A stretch of 64,000 bases of DNA from Spirochaetia bacterium (GCA_963662795.1 OY759746.1:2016001-2080000); one strand, 5' to 3'; shown: positions 31,813-42,352, counted from the stretch's first letter. Program-made: numbers and translations. Notes: generated by a model from the sequence alone, not told the origin.

Positions 31813-31927
31813 TCTAATTACTGTTTCAATCTGATAATTCCTATTGTCACACTTTTTGCTGTCGTCATTATAGGCTAAAAGTCAACAATCTCTTCTGGCC
31901 AAATTACAAACTAGGCATATGTTCTAA
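31811..31927 (+). repeat. Degenerate canonical-type attC site
   Basis: AATCTAAT (near inverse of GTTTGATT at 30048) ... GTTCTAA. Confidence 0.4.
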
Positions 31928-31946
31928 TAATTAAAAAAGAAAAGAA

Positions 31947-32221
31947 GTCCAGCCTTGGCTCCGCCGTGCGGCTTGGACAAGAAGCGGCTGGTACTGGAGC
32001 ATAACAGCGGTTCAAGCGCTTCGCTCGGAGTACCTCGCTTGGCCTGCGGCAAACATCGTAGGATTTGAACTACAACTTATAGAAACAAAAAGTTTTAAAA
32101 GAAAATAAATAAAAGCTTTGAGTTTTCGATTCATGTTCTACGATGCTTCGCTTAACCGCGGAACGTTATCCACAATGCCCCCCACAAGAGGAAATCGCCC
32201 GGACCTCCGGCCGACGGGCGA
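31947..32221 (+). repeat. Composite junction site S19 (10 | delta | 7)
   Basis: Same architecture. Confidence 0.9.
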
Positions 32222-32277
32222 GGATATGCAGTATAATATTAAATGTTATATACAATACATTATGAAGGTGTATAAGA

Positions 32278-33375
32278 GTGAGAAAATTAATTATTATTGG
32301 AAATGGTTTTGATCTTTCACATGGTTTTGAGACTAGCTATAAGTCATTTTTGCTTTATTATCTTAATAAAGTACAATTAGAATTCTTTAAGATTCGAGAA
32401 AATAACAATGATACAATATATGAGAATCCACTGATTAAGATTAAGACTTCATTAAGTAAAGAAAAAATTATGGAGAGTATAAATAATAAAAAATTATTAG
32501 ACTGGTTCCAATTCTATAATGGGATGTCGTATAGTTATCAAATAAAAAAAGGGATTGTCGATGAACAATCAGTTCTTGGTTCAGATAAATATAAAAAAAT
32601 AGTTATCTCTATAAAATCAAAACTTTTTGATAAAATATTTGATAAAGTGTCTTTGAATTGGGTAGATATTGAAAATGAATATTTTTCTACAATACTAGAA
32701 AATATAGACGATAAAGATAGTTTGAATACAATAAATAATGATTTATCATATTTAAAAGAGCATTTAATTACGTATCTAAAAGAAATAACCCAAAATAATG
32801 ATAATATAATCGAAAAAGAATATATACGCAAATTCACAGAAAATAATCCGGATGAAATTATGTTTCTAAACTTTAATTATACTAATACTATTGAAAGATA
32901 TAAAAACGCAATAGTATTGAATGAAGGTAATAAATTAAATGAAGATAGTATTAAAATAAATTATATACATGGAAGTTTAGATAATTTACATGGAAAACCA
33001 ATTTTTGGTATTGGTGATGAACATCATAAAAGATATGAAGAATTAAAAAATCATGAGAACTGTTTAGCAGCTTTTAGAAATAGTAAATCAATATGTTATT
33101 TAAAGAATGGTAATTATAAAGATTTACAATATTTTTTAGGGAAATATTATGATGTTGAAATATATGGCCATTCTTGTGGATTGTCAGATCGAACACTATT
33201 GAAATATATATTTCAAAATAAAAATTGTATAAAAATTAGAATATTTCATTACAGGGGAGAAGAAGATTATTCAAATAAAACTATAGAAATATTACGTCAT
33301 TTTGATGATCCACAAATATTTAGAGATAAGGTAGAAACATATAATCCTGGTTACTCTATGAATCTAAAGAATTGA
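32278..33375 (+). CDS. abiH: AbiH-family abortive infection protein
   Basis: IIGNGFDLSHG, FNYT, YIHG, IYGHS motifs. Confidence 0.8.
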   Translation: MRKLIIIGNGFDLSHGFETSYKSFLLYYLNKVQLEFFKIRENNNDTIYENPLIKIKTSLSKEKIMESINNKKLLDWFQFYNGMSYSYQIKKGIVDEQSVLGSDKYKKIVISIKSKLFDKIFDKVSLNWVDIENEYFSTILENIDDKDSLNTINNDLSYLKEHLITYLKEITQNNDNIIEKEYIRKFTENNPDEIMFLNFNYTNTIERYKNAIVLNEGNKLNEDSIKINYIHGSLDNLHGKPIFGIGDEHHKRYEELKNHENCLAAFRNSKSICYLKNGNYKDLQYFLGKYYDVEIYGHSCGLSDRTLLKYIFQNKNCIKIRIFHYRGEEDYSNKTIEILRHFDDPQIFRDKVETYNPGYSMNLKN

Positions 33376-33415
33376 AATAGTGTACAGGTAGAATAATTAC
33401 CTGACAGGTTAATGC

Positions 33416-33688
33416 GTCTGGCCTTGGCTCCGCCGTTCGGCCTGGACAAGAAGTGGGGGCACTGGTGGATAACAGCGGTTAAAGCGCTTCGCTCGGATTA
33501 CCTCGCTTGGCCTTCGGCAAACATCGCAGGATTTGAACCACAACTGTATATAGCAACAAGTTTTCAAAAGATAGAAAATACAACTATGTGTTTGTTATTC
33601 TTAATCTACGATGCTTCGCTTAACCGCAGGACGTTATCCACAATGCCCCCACAAGATGCAATCGCCCGGACCTCCGGCCGACGGGCGA
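33416..33688 (+). repeat. Composite junction site S20 (7 | delta | 7)
   Basis: Same architecture. Confidence 0.9.
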
Positions 33689-33814
33689 GGAATAAGAGAG
33701 TAAATATTTTAATATAGAAAAGCCATGTAATTTAAAATTATTTCCCAAAAAAAAGAAAAAGAAATATTTGACATAATATATATCATGGTATATATTATCT
33801 ATAGAGGTAATATT

Positions 33815-34045
33815 ATGAATACAGCTAAATTATTTCAGAATGGTCGATCTCAGGCTGTTCGTCTGCCTAAAGAATTTCAATTTAGTGGAGAAGAGGTTTT
33901 TATACAAAAACATGGAGACGCTGTACTTTTAATTCCTCATGAAAAAGCCTGGGAAGTATTTATGGAAGGTCTTTTAGGTTTCTCAGATGATTTTATGAAA
34001 GATGGTAGGGATCAAGGTGTAAACCAAGAAAGAGAAAGCTTCTAA
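33815..34045 (+). CDS. vapB: VapB antitoxin (AbrB/MazE fold)
   Basis: [18 protein letters not shown]. Confidence 0.9.
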   Translation: MNTAKLFQNGRSQAVRLPKEFQFSGEEVFIQKHGDAVLLIPHEKAWEVFMEGLLGFSDDFMKDGRDQGVNQERESF

Positions 34046-34446
34046 TGTACCTTCTTGACACTAATATTTGCATTTATGCAATTAATAGAAAGCCAGAGAA
34101 TGTTCTGGAGGCAATAAAAGAAAAATCTAAAAATGGAATATATATTTCAGCACTTACTGTTGCAGAATTAGAGTATGGAGTGGAAAATAGTAAACAAATA
34201 GAAAAAAACCGAATAGCTTTGTTGAAATTTATTTCAATTTTTAATATTTTAAATTTTGATGATTCAGATGCTATTCCTTATGGGAAATTAAAATCAAAAC
34301 TCAAGAAAGATGGAAAAATAATTGGACCAATAGATATGCTACTTGCAGCACAAGCGATAAGTAAAGATATGATATTTGTTACAAATAATGTTGGTGAATT
34401 TGCAAGAATTGAAGGTTTGAAAATTGAAGACTGGACAAAATATTAA
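34045..34446 (+). CDS. vapC: VapC toxin
   Basis: YLLDTNICIY, IGPIDMLLAAQA, VTNN..EF. Confidence 0.9.
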   Translation: MYLLDTNICIYAINRKPENVLEAIKEKSKNGIYISALTVAELEYGVENSKQIEKNRIALLKFISIFNILNFDDSDAIPYGKLKSKLKKDGKIIGPIDMLLAAQAISKDMIFVTNNVGEFARIEGLKIEDWTKY

Positions 34447-34502
34447 GAATTATATTAAAAATATTTTATCAAATTAATTAAAATAGAAGAAAAAGAATCT
34501 AA

Positions 34503-34696
34503 GTCCGACCTTGGCTTCTCCATACGGCCTGAACAAGAAGGGGACGTACAACTGCAAACAGCAATTAATTCGCTACGTTCCCTTCGGTCGCTTGAACTTA
34601 ACTAAAATTCGCAGTTGAAAAGAATAAAAGAATTAAGCAAATTTTAAAAAATACAACAATTATCTGCGATGTTTAGTTTACCAACTATCGTTAAGT
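34503..34696 (+). repeat. Degenerate junction site S21 (class 3-like arm, decayed core, no right arm or hairpin B)
   Basis: GTCCGACCTTGG...GAACAAGAAGGGGACGTACAACTGCAAAC ... CGTTAAGT. Confidence 0.7.
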
Positions 34697-34712
34697 GGCA
34701 TTGCACTATGCT

Positions 34713-35597
34713 TTATGATGCAAGTGGTAATTCTAATTGCTTTATGACAGTTATTTTGGGAATATCAACGTCGATTGTATCAATTGGACTTTTAATATCT
34801 AAAAGATCAAACCTTTGGGCATGTAAGTATATCATTGTAGAGTTTATTGAAGAGTGCCCTAATAGCCGCATAATATAAAATATATTTACATTATGCTCTA
34901 ATAGATGTGTTGCAAAACTATGTCTTAATGTGTGAACATGTGCTGATTTATTTATATTTGTTTTTCTAAAATATTTTTGAAAAACCTCCTGAATACGCCT
35001 TGATCTCATAGGTATAGCTTTATTTTTAAAATTAAAAAATAAATAATTAATAGGGGCATAATTTAGTATATATTCTTTTAATAATTTAATTGTATTGTCA
35101 CCAATTATTGCATATCTTTCCTTTCTATTTTTTGATTCTGATACAAATATAAGTTTTCTGTTAAAATCTATATCAGTTATTTTAAGATTTAAGCCTTCTG
35201 ATATTCGAAGTCCTGAAGAATATAGTAATGTGAATAAAGTCTTATATCTAAAATCAGAACAGTTATTTAAAAATAGTTTTATTTCTTCCTTTGTCAGAAT
35301 CGTTGGAACTTTAAATACTTTTTTAGGTCTTGGAATGGAAACAATATATTCTTTCATATTGTGAAGAGAAAAGAAAAATAAAAGAGCATTATAATAGCAA
35401 TGAATTGTGGAGAGACTATTCCCCGAATCATATAAATAAAAGAAAAATCGTCTTAACTCCTGTTTTGTTATATCTGTGGGTTTTTTATTGAAAAATAAAG
35501 CAAGTTTATGAACATAAAAGACATATATATTTATTGTTCTTTGGCTATATCCTTGTAAAGTCATTTCTTCTATCATGTGCTCACGTAAATATCCCAT
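34713..35597 (-). CDS. Tyrosine recombinase, integron-integrase-like but lacking the IntI-specific insertion
   Basis: SGLRISE, K, HTLRHSFATHLLE, LLGH, TMIY and C-terminal SPID; N-terminal SAM-like domain. Confidence 0.92.
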   Translation of the reverse strand: MGYLREHMIEEMTLQGYSQRTINIYVFYVHKLALFFNKKPTDITKQELRRFFFYLYDSGNSLSTIHCYYNALLFFFSLHNMKEYIVSIPRPKKVFKVPTILTKEEIKLFLNNCSDFRYKTLFTLLYSSGLRISEGLNLKITDIDFNRKLIFVSESKNRKERYAIIGDNTIKLLKEYILNYAPINYLFFNFKNKAIPMRSRRIQEVFQKYFRKTNINKSAHVHTLRHSFATHLLEHNVNIFYIMRLLGHSSINSTMIYLHAQRFDLLDIKSPIDTIDVDIPKITVIKQLELPLAS

Positions 35598-35775
35598 AAT
35601 TATCTCCTATAAAAAAAAAGTAATTAAGTATGGAGAATATTTGAAAATATTTAAAGGTATTATGTTATACTTTTAAAATTACACAATAAAATGTGTTAAA
35701 TATTACGAGAAAATAACTGGCAGCAAAATTAACTATAGATTGTACAGGTAGAGTAATTACATGACAATGAATGGA

Positions 35776-36048
35776 GTCCGGCCTTGGCTTCCAGCCGTGC
35801 GGCCTGGACAAGAAGTGGGGGCACTGGTGGATAACAGAGGATAAAGCGCTACGCTCGGAGTACCTCGCTTGGCCTGCGGCACACATCGTAGGATTTGAAC
35901 TTCAACATCTAGAAACAACCAGTTTTGAAAGAATAATAAAACAGCTTTGAATATCAATGCTTATCTTACGATGCGTCGCTTATCCTCGGGACGTTATCCA
36001 CAATGCCCCCACAAGAGAACACCGCCCGGACCTCCGGCCGACGGGCGA
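35776..36048 (+). repeat. Composite junction site S22 (7 | beta | 7)
   Basis: Same architecture. Confidence 0.9.
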
Positions 36049-36124
36049 GGAGAAGAAGCAGATAAATGATTGATGAATATTCGGAAAAGGATTATTTTGA
36101 AAATATACATAGTAGGAGAAAAAT

Positions 36125-36796
36125 GTGAATAAAAAAGAAAATGAATTATTTGAAGGATGTAAATCAGGGAATATCGAAATAGTAAAAAAAGCTTTAACAA
36201 GTGGAATTTTATCACCAAAAGCAAATGTAAATGTAAAAAATGAAAATGGAGTTACTCCTTTGATGATCGCAGCGCAGAATGGATTTTTAGAAATTGTAAA
36301 TATATTAATTACAAACGAAGCAAGTATTAATGAAAGTAGCAAGGGTGAAATGACAGCGCTCAAAATGGCTGCTTACAATGGAAATGTTGATGTTACCAAA
36401 TTATTGATAGAAAAAGGAGCCACTGGATTTAATAAAATATTGAAAACGGAATTTAAGAATTTTACAGCAAATGCAAAGCATGAATTACTGCAAGTTATAA
36501 ATATAATAAACCAAAAAATATCATCGAAAGATGCTATGCAACATATATTTAATATTGGTTTTAGATTTGATTCACAAATGAAAGGATTATTTGCTGATAA
36601 AAAATGTTATGAAGATGGAATATTTTATATGAGTGAAAATGGACTTTTAGCTCTTAAAAGAGGAGCACAAGGTGAAATAATAGCTATTGATTATATTCAA
36701 ATAAGTAATAACTTTAAAAATAGAATAACATTAATAAAACCAGTTGATGACGAACATGGAGAGATTTTATTCAATGATATAATGGAAAGCTTATAA
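36125..36796 (+). CDS. Ankyrin repeat protein
   Basis: GVTPLMIAAQNGFLEIVNILI; TALKMAAYNGNVDVTKLLI. Confidence 0.85.
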   Translation: MNKKENELFEGCKSGNIEIVKKALTSGILSPKANVNVKNENGVTPLMIAAQNGFLEIVNILITNEASINESSKGEMTALKMAAYNGNVDVTKLLIEKGATGFNKILKTEFKNFTANAKHELLQVINIINQKISSKDAMQHIFNIGFRFDSQMKGLFADKKCYEDGIFYMSENGLLALKRGAQGEIIAIDYIQISNNFKNRITLIKPVDDEHGEILFNDIMESL

Positions 36797-36847
36797 AATA
36801 GTTAAAAAAATTAAAATTAAACTTTTAAGTTTTAAATTGGAAAGTAA

Positions 36848-37120
36848 GTCCGGCCTTGGCTTCCAGCCGTACGGCCTGGACAAGAAGTGGGGGCACTGGT
36901 GGATAACAGCGGTTAAAGCGCTACGCTCGGAGTACCTCGCTTGGCCTGCAGCATATTTTGCTGTCATTTAAAAAGAGCGATTAATATATAATTCTTCTCT
37001 GGTTTCGAGAAAAAGTCAGAAGTGTTTTAAATGTTAACTGCAAAACATCGCTTAACCGCGGGACGTTATCCACAATGCCCCCACAAGATGCGATCGCCCG
37101 GACCTCCGGCCGACGGGCGA
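36848..37120 (+). repeat. Composite junction site S23 (7 | delta | 7)
   Basis: Same architecture. Confidence 0.9.
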
Positions 37121-37192
37121 GGAAATATGCATAATCAAATATTAGAGATAAATCATTTTTAACTGTACTCAATAGGAATAAATATTTAAAAT

Positions 37193-38467
37193 CATAGGTG
37201 TCCAAAACAAGGACTATTAATTGCCTGAAATCCCAACTATAATGAATTAAGCTTGGACGGCTAATTCTTTACAGGAAAAGGAAATCAGGCAATGAGTTAC
37301 AATAATACCATTTTAAAACAAATTCTACAAATAATTCCGAGACATGAATTTGAAAAATCTGTAAAAAAACATAAAGGGGACTTTGCTTCCAAAGGTTTTA
37401 CCTGTTGGCAGCATTTTGTCTCCATGCTCTTTGCACAACTTTCAGGACAGACCGGGTTAAGAGGCATTGAAAACTCTTTTGAATCAATCAGTAACCACCT
37501 TTATCATATGGGTGTAAAAAAGGTAAAACGCTCTACATTATCTTACGCAAATAATAATAGAAGCTGTGAAGTTTATGAAAATGTTTTCACTGATCTTCTT
37601 GATAAGATATTATCCATGAAGAGAGCGCATAAACATAAATTTAAAAATCCTCTTTACAGTGTTGATGCATCAACTATTGACTTGTGTTTAAATCTCTTTC
37701 CATGGGCAAATTTCAGAAAATATAAAGGCGGAATAAAACTTAATGTAAAACTTGACCATAGTGGATATATTCCAGCTTTTGTATCAGTTACAACTGCAAA
37801 AACACATGAAGTCAATTCCTTGAAAAAAATGGCTTTCAACAAAGGCGATGTCATCACGTTTGATCGTGGTTATACTGACTTTAAATTATTCGCAAATTAT
37901 TGTAATACCGGTATTTATTTTGTTACCAGGTTAAAAAAGAATGCTGATTATAAAATTGTCCAGAGAAAAGATACCTCCTCCTTTAAAAATATTACATCTG
38001 ATCAGATCATAGAAATGAAAGGATTTTACACCAGTAAAAAATGCCCGTTAAAATTAAGACGAATCAGAAGCAGAGATCCTGAAACCGGTAAATATATTGT
38101 AATTCTTACCAATAATTTCCTTTGGTCTCCAACAACAATTGCTGCTGTTTACAAAGACAGATGGCAGATTGAAATATTTTTTAAAACTATCAAACAGAAC
38201 CTCAAGATCAAGAAATTCTTTGGTACTTCCAGAAATGCTGTAATGACACAAATCTGGATTGCCCTAATTGCTTTTCTGTTACTTCAGTTCCTTAAAATGT
38301 TTTCATGTAGAAAATGGACTCATTTTTCACTGATGAAATTGATTCCTGTAATACTGACATCAAGAAAAGATATCTGGACTGTTCTCAATAAACCGCCTTC
38401 AGAACAGACTAAAAAAACTAGTTTCAATCTTCAACTGGAGCTGTTATGATTGTTTTGGACACCTATG
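37193..38467 (+). mobile_element. IS4-family insertion sequence, copy 1 (1275 bp)
   Basis: 18-bp TIR CATAGGTGTCCAAAACAA; 9-bp target duplication ATTTAAAAT. Confidence 0.92.
37292..38449 (+). CDS. IS4-family DDE transposase
   Basis: VDASTI, FDRGY, Y..RWQIE.FFK (YREK) motifs. Confidence 0.92.
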   Translation: MSYNNTILKQILQIIPRHEFEKSVKKHKGDFASKGFTCWQHFVSMLFAQLSGQTGLRGIENSFESISNHLYHMGVKKVKRSTLSYANNNRSCEVYENVFTDLLDKILSMKRAHKHKFKNPLYSVDASTIDLCLNLFPWANFRKYKGGIKLNVKLDHSGYIPAFVSVTTAKTHEVNSLKKMAFNKGDVITFDRGYTDFKLFANYCNTGIYFVTRLKKNADYKIVQRKDTSSFKNITSDQIIEMKGFYTSKKCPLKLRRIRSRDPETGKYIVILTNNFLWSPTTIAAVYKDRWQIEIFFKTIKQNLKIKKFFGTSRNAVMTQIWIALIAFLLLQFLKMFSCRKWTHFSLMKLIPVILTSRKDIWTVLNKPPSEQTKKTSFNLQLELL

Positions 38468-38577
38468 ATTTAAAATAATTATTAAAATACTTAAATATTA
38501 TAGAAAGAGAGATTGATTAATGACTTTTAAACAGAAAGATTTTTTAAAAACCTATGAAATATCTAGTAAAGTAATTG

Positions 38578-39852
38578 CATAGGTGTCCAAAACAAGGACT
38601 ATTAATTGCCTGAAATCCCAACTATAATGAATTAAGCTTGGACGGCTAATTCTTTACAGGAAAAGGAAATCAGGCAATGAGTTACAATAATACCATTTTA
38701 AAACAAATTCTACAAATAATTCCGAGACATGAATTTGAAAAATCTGTAAAAAAACATAAAGGGGACTTTGCTTCCAAAGGTTTTACCTGTTGGCAGCATT
38801 TTGTCTCCATGCTCTTTGCACAACTTTCAGGACAGACCGGGTTAAGAGGCATTGAAAACTCTTTTGAATCAATCAGTAACCACCTTTATCATATGGGTGT
38901 AAAAAAGGTAAAACGCTCTACATTATCTTACGCAAATAATAATAGAAGCTGTGAAGTTTATGAAAATGTTTTCACTGATCTTCTTGATAAGATATTATCC
39001 ATGAAGAGAGCGCATAAACATAAATTTAAAAATCCTCTTTACAGTGTTGATGCATCAACTATTGACTTGTGTTTAAATCTCTTTCCATGGGCAAATTTCA
39101 GAAAATATAAAGGCGGAATAAAACTTAATGTAAAACTTGACCATAGTGGATATATTCCAGCTTTTGTATCAGTTACAACTGCAAAAACACATGAAGTCAA
39201 TTCCTTGAAAAAAATGGCTTTCAACAAAGGCGATGTCATCACGTTTGATCGTGGTTATACTGACTTTAAATTATTCGCAAATTATTGTAATACCGGTATT
39301 TATTTTGTTACCAGGTTAAAAAAGAATGCTGATTATAAAATTGTCCAGAGAAAAGATACCTCCTCCTTTAAAAATATTACATCTGATCAGATCATAGAAA
39401 TGAAAGGATTTTACACCAGTAAAAAATGCCCGTTAAAATTAAGACGAATCAGAAGCAGAGATCCTGAAACCGGTAAATATATTGTAATTCTTACCAATAA
39501 TTTCCTTTGGTCTCCAACAACAATTGCTGCTGTTTACAAAGACAGATGGCAGATTGAAATATTTTTTAAAACTATCAAACAGAACCTCAAGATCAAGAAA
39601 TTCTTTGGTACTTCCAGAAATGCTGTAATGACACAAATCTGGATTGCCCTAATTGCTTTTCTGTTACTTCAGTTCCTTAAAATGTTTTCATGTAGAAAAT
39701 GGACTCATTTTTCACTGATGAAATTGATTCCTGTAATACTGACATCAAGAAAAGATATCTGGACTGTTCTCAATAAACCGCCTTCAGAACAGACTAAAAA
39801 AACTAGTTTCAATCTTCAACTGGAGCTGTTATGATTGTTTTGGACACCTATG
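38578..39852 (+). mobile_element. IS4-family insertion sequence, copy 2
   Basis: Same TIRs; 9-bp target duplication AAGTAATTG. Confidence 0.92.
38677..39834 (+). CDS. IS4-family DDE transposase
   Basis: Protein identical to copy 1. Confidence 0.92.
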   Translation: MSYNNTILKQILQIIPRHEFEKSVKKHKGDFASKGFTCWQHFVSMLFAQLSGQTGLRGIENSFESISNHLYHMGVKKVKRSTLSYANNNRSCEVYENVFTDLLDKILSMKRAHKHKFKNPLYSVDASTIDLCLNLFPWANFRKYKGGIKLNVKLDHSGYIPAFVSVTTAKTHEVNSLKKMAFNKGDVITFDRGYTDFKLFANYCNTGIYFVTRLKKNADYKIVQRKDTSSFKNITSDQIIEMKGFYTSKKCPLKLRRIRSRDPETGKYIVILTNNFLWSPTTIAAVYKDRWQIEIFFKTIKQNLKIKKFFGTSRNAVMTQIWIALIAFLLLQFLKMFSCRKWTHFSLMKLIPVILTSRKDIWTVLNKPPSEQTKKTSFNLQLELL

Positions 39853-40610
39853 AAGTAATTGAATTAATAAATTCAAGTGAAAGTAATATTTATATTATTA
39901 CTCCTTATTTGAAACCGTGGATTCAACTTGAAAGAACTCTTGAAATAGCTGCTAATAAGAAAAAAAAAGTAACCTTTATTTTAAGATCTGGTGAAGAAAA
40001 AAAAGACTTTGTTAAAAAATTGTATCAAAATTATGGTTTTGAAGTTTATATATATGAATATTTACATTTAAAATTATATACTGCAGATAATAAAGCAATT
40101 TTCTCATCTATGAATCTTTATGATAGTTCAAATGAAAAAAATATAGAAATGGGGTTAATAATTAATTTTTCACCAAAAGATTATATAACTTTTAAAAAAG
40201 AATATATTTATGAAAACATTTTTATGAGCAATCCACAATTTTACTTTAAAGGAAATTTTGAAAATGAGTATTTTAAATATCAAAACAATGAAAAACAAGC
40301 GTTAAATGAATTTGGTAAAATTGGATATTGTATAGTTTGTGGTAAGAAAATTGATCATCTCAAAAATTCAAATAAATATGAACCTTACTATACCAGATGT
40401 GAAGAGTGTTATTTCAAAAATCCAAATCTAAATAATTATTATGATAAAAAAGTAAATTATTGTTATATTTGTGGAGAAAAAGGTAATTATATAATTGGGA
40501 AGCCATTTCATGAAAACTGTATTAAAACATTGAAAAGTTTAAGACCTTATTAAATCTATTCATAATAAATATAGGTGTACAGGTAGAGTAATTACCTGAC
40601 AACGCAAGTA

Positions 40611-40886
40611 GTCCGGCCTTGGCTTCCAGCCGTACGGCCTGGACAAGAAGTGGGGGCACTGGTGGATAACAGCGGTTAAAGCGCTACGCTCGGAGTACCT
40701 CGCTTGGCCTACGGCAAACATCGTAGGATTTTATCTACAGCTATTGGGAACATCAAGTTTTAAAAGAAAGAAATATTTAGATTTTTATTTATTATTCTTG
40801 GTCTACGATGCTTCGCTTAACCGCGGGACGTTATCGGCAATGGCTGGGCGAAGAGGACACCGCCCGGACCTCCGGCCCACGGGCGA
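40611..40886 (+). repeat. Composite junction site S24 (7 | delta | 11)
   Basis: Right arm GTTATCGGCAATGGCTGGGC. Confidence 0.9.
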
Positions 40887-40934
40887 AGAAAATATTCAAA
40901 CCAAAACGATTATAAAAATAAAGGAAGTTGAATA

Positions 40935-41333
40935 ATGATTAAAAACTATTATTATTTTGTAGTAGGATTACTTTCAATACTTTTTGCGATTACACATGCA
41001 CTAAATGGACAAGCTGTAATTTTACCTTCTCTTGAAATTGAATTAATAAGCATAGAAATTAAAACTATATTCTTTTATGTGTGGCATATTATATCAGCCG
41101 AGAACATGGTGTTTGGAATATCTTTTTTAATTATGGCATTTTATAAGAAACTGGAAAAAGTCAGATTTACAGCTTTTATTATAGCTGGTTTAATGGTTAT
41201 AAGATGGATTGTAATATTTTATGGAACTTTTCTGTATAACCGTCAAGGACTGGGAAGTATAACAATCGATACTGTTGCAATTATAATATTTACTGCGCTC
41301 ATTATTTTGGGAACAAGAGTTAAAGATAAGTAA
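40935..41333 (+). CDS. Small integral membrane protein
   Basis: Four hydrophobic segments. Confidence 0.7.
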   Translation: MIKNYYYFVVGLLSILFAITHALNGQAVILPSLEIELISIEIKTIFFYVWHIISAENMVFGISFLIMAFYKKLEKVRFTAFIIAGLMVIRWIVIFYGTFLYNRQGLGSITIDTVAIIIFTALIILGTRVKDK

Positions 41334-41410
41334 AATATTAGAAATTGAAAACAACATGAGTTGAAAGGAAATAGAACAGTATTTATGATTATGGCAGAGA
41401 AGAGGATAAA

Positions 41411-41962
41411 ATGAATACAGCATTGATAATTATTGATGTTCAAAATGATTATTTTACTGGCGGAAGAAAAGAACTAAAAGGAAGTCTTGAAGCTTTAGGA
41501 AATATTCAAAAAGTTATTAAAAATTGCAGAGAAAAAGATTATAAAATCATCTTTATCAAACATATAGCAATTAAACCAACAGCAACATTTTTTATAAATG
41601 GAACAAGTGGAGTTGAAATTCATAAAGGAATAGAGCCCGAAGAAAATGATGAGATCATAATAAAAAATTATCCTAATAGTTTTCGAGAGACAGTTTTAAA
41701 AGAAGTGTTAAGTAGAAATCAGATTACGGATTTAGTTTTTACTGGAATGATGACTCAAATGTGCGTAGATACAACAGTCAGGGCAGCTTTTGATTTAGGA
41801 TATAGCAGTATTTTAATTTCAGATTGTTGTGCAACATTGGATTTAACCTACGAAAATGAAATGATTAAAGCCAAAGAAGTTCAAAATGCATATCTTGCAG
41901 CTTTGAATGGAACATTTTGTAAAATAAAGACAACAGAAGATTTTATAGAACAAAATAAATAA
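41411..41962 (+). CDS. Cysteine hydrolase / isochorismatase family protein
   Basis: ALIIIDVQNDYF, K.YPNSF, GMMTQMCVDTT. Confidence 0.9.
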   Translation: MNTALIIIDVQNDYFTGGRKELKGSLEALGNIQKVIKNCREKDYKIIFIKHIAIKPTATFFINGTSGVEIHKGIEPEENDEIIIKNYPNSFRETVLKEVLSRNQITDLVFTGMMTQMCVDTTVRAAFDLGYSSILISDCCATLDLTYENEMIKAKEVQNAYLAALNGTFCKIKTTEDFIEQNK

Positions 41963-41996
41963 ATTCTGGTTTGAAGAAGAATTTACGAAAGAAGAA

Positions 41997-42287
41997 GTCC
42001 GGCCTTGGCGGTGCCGTGCGGCCTGGACAAGAAGCCCAGCCACAGCCGATAACAGCGATTATTTCGCTGCGCTCCTTGTGGTCGCTTGGGCTCCTGCCAG
42101 TTGAGCTGGCAGATCGCCATATTTTGTTTTCATAAAACCGGAACAACATGTGTTTTATGCTTTTCAAGTTTGTAAAACCCAAATAAAAGTATTTTAGAGT
42201 TTAGTCACAAAACATCGAATAATCGCGAGACGTTATCCACAATATCATCGCAAGATGACACCGCCCGGACCTCCGGCCAACGGGCGA
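41997..42287 (+). repeat. Composite junction site S25 (11 | alpha | 1)
   Basis: GCCCAGCCACAGCCGATAAC. Confidence 0.9.
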
Positions 42288-42352
42288 AGAGTAGAAAAAG
42301 ACATAATGGTTAACCAATTAAACCGATACATTCAAAGAAAGCAGAGGAATAT

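Larger units (their letters stand above)
38520..40553 (+). pseudogene. PLD-like (HxK) nuclease-domain protein with C-terminal Zn fingers, interrupted by IS4 copy 2
   Basis: ATG 38520 MTFKQ...SKVI continues in frame after the IS as ELINSSES; HLKLY...SSMNL motif; CxxC motifs. Confidence 0.75.

Noticed and set aside
34713-35597. Calling the recombinase intI, xerC or xerD
   Set aside because: It lacks the IntI insertion and its context is not that of a housekeeping Xer; no gene symbol is justified without a phylogeny.
37193-39852. Composite transposon formed by the two adjacent IS4 copies
   Set aside because: Each copy has its own target duplication, so they are independent insertions.
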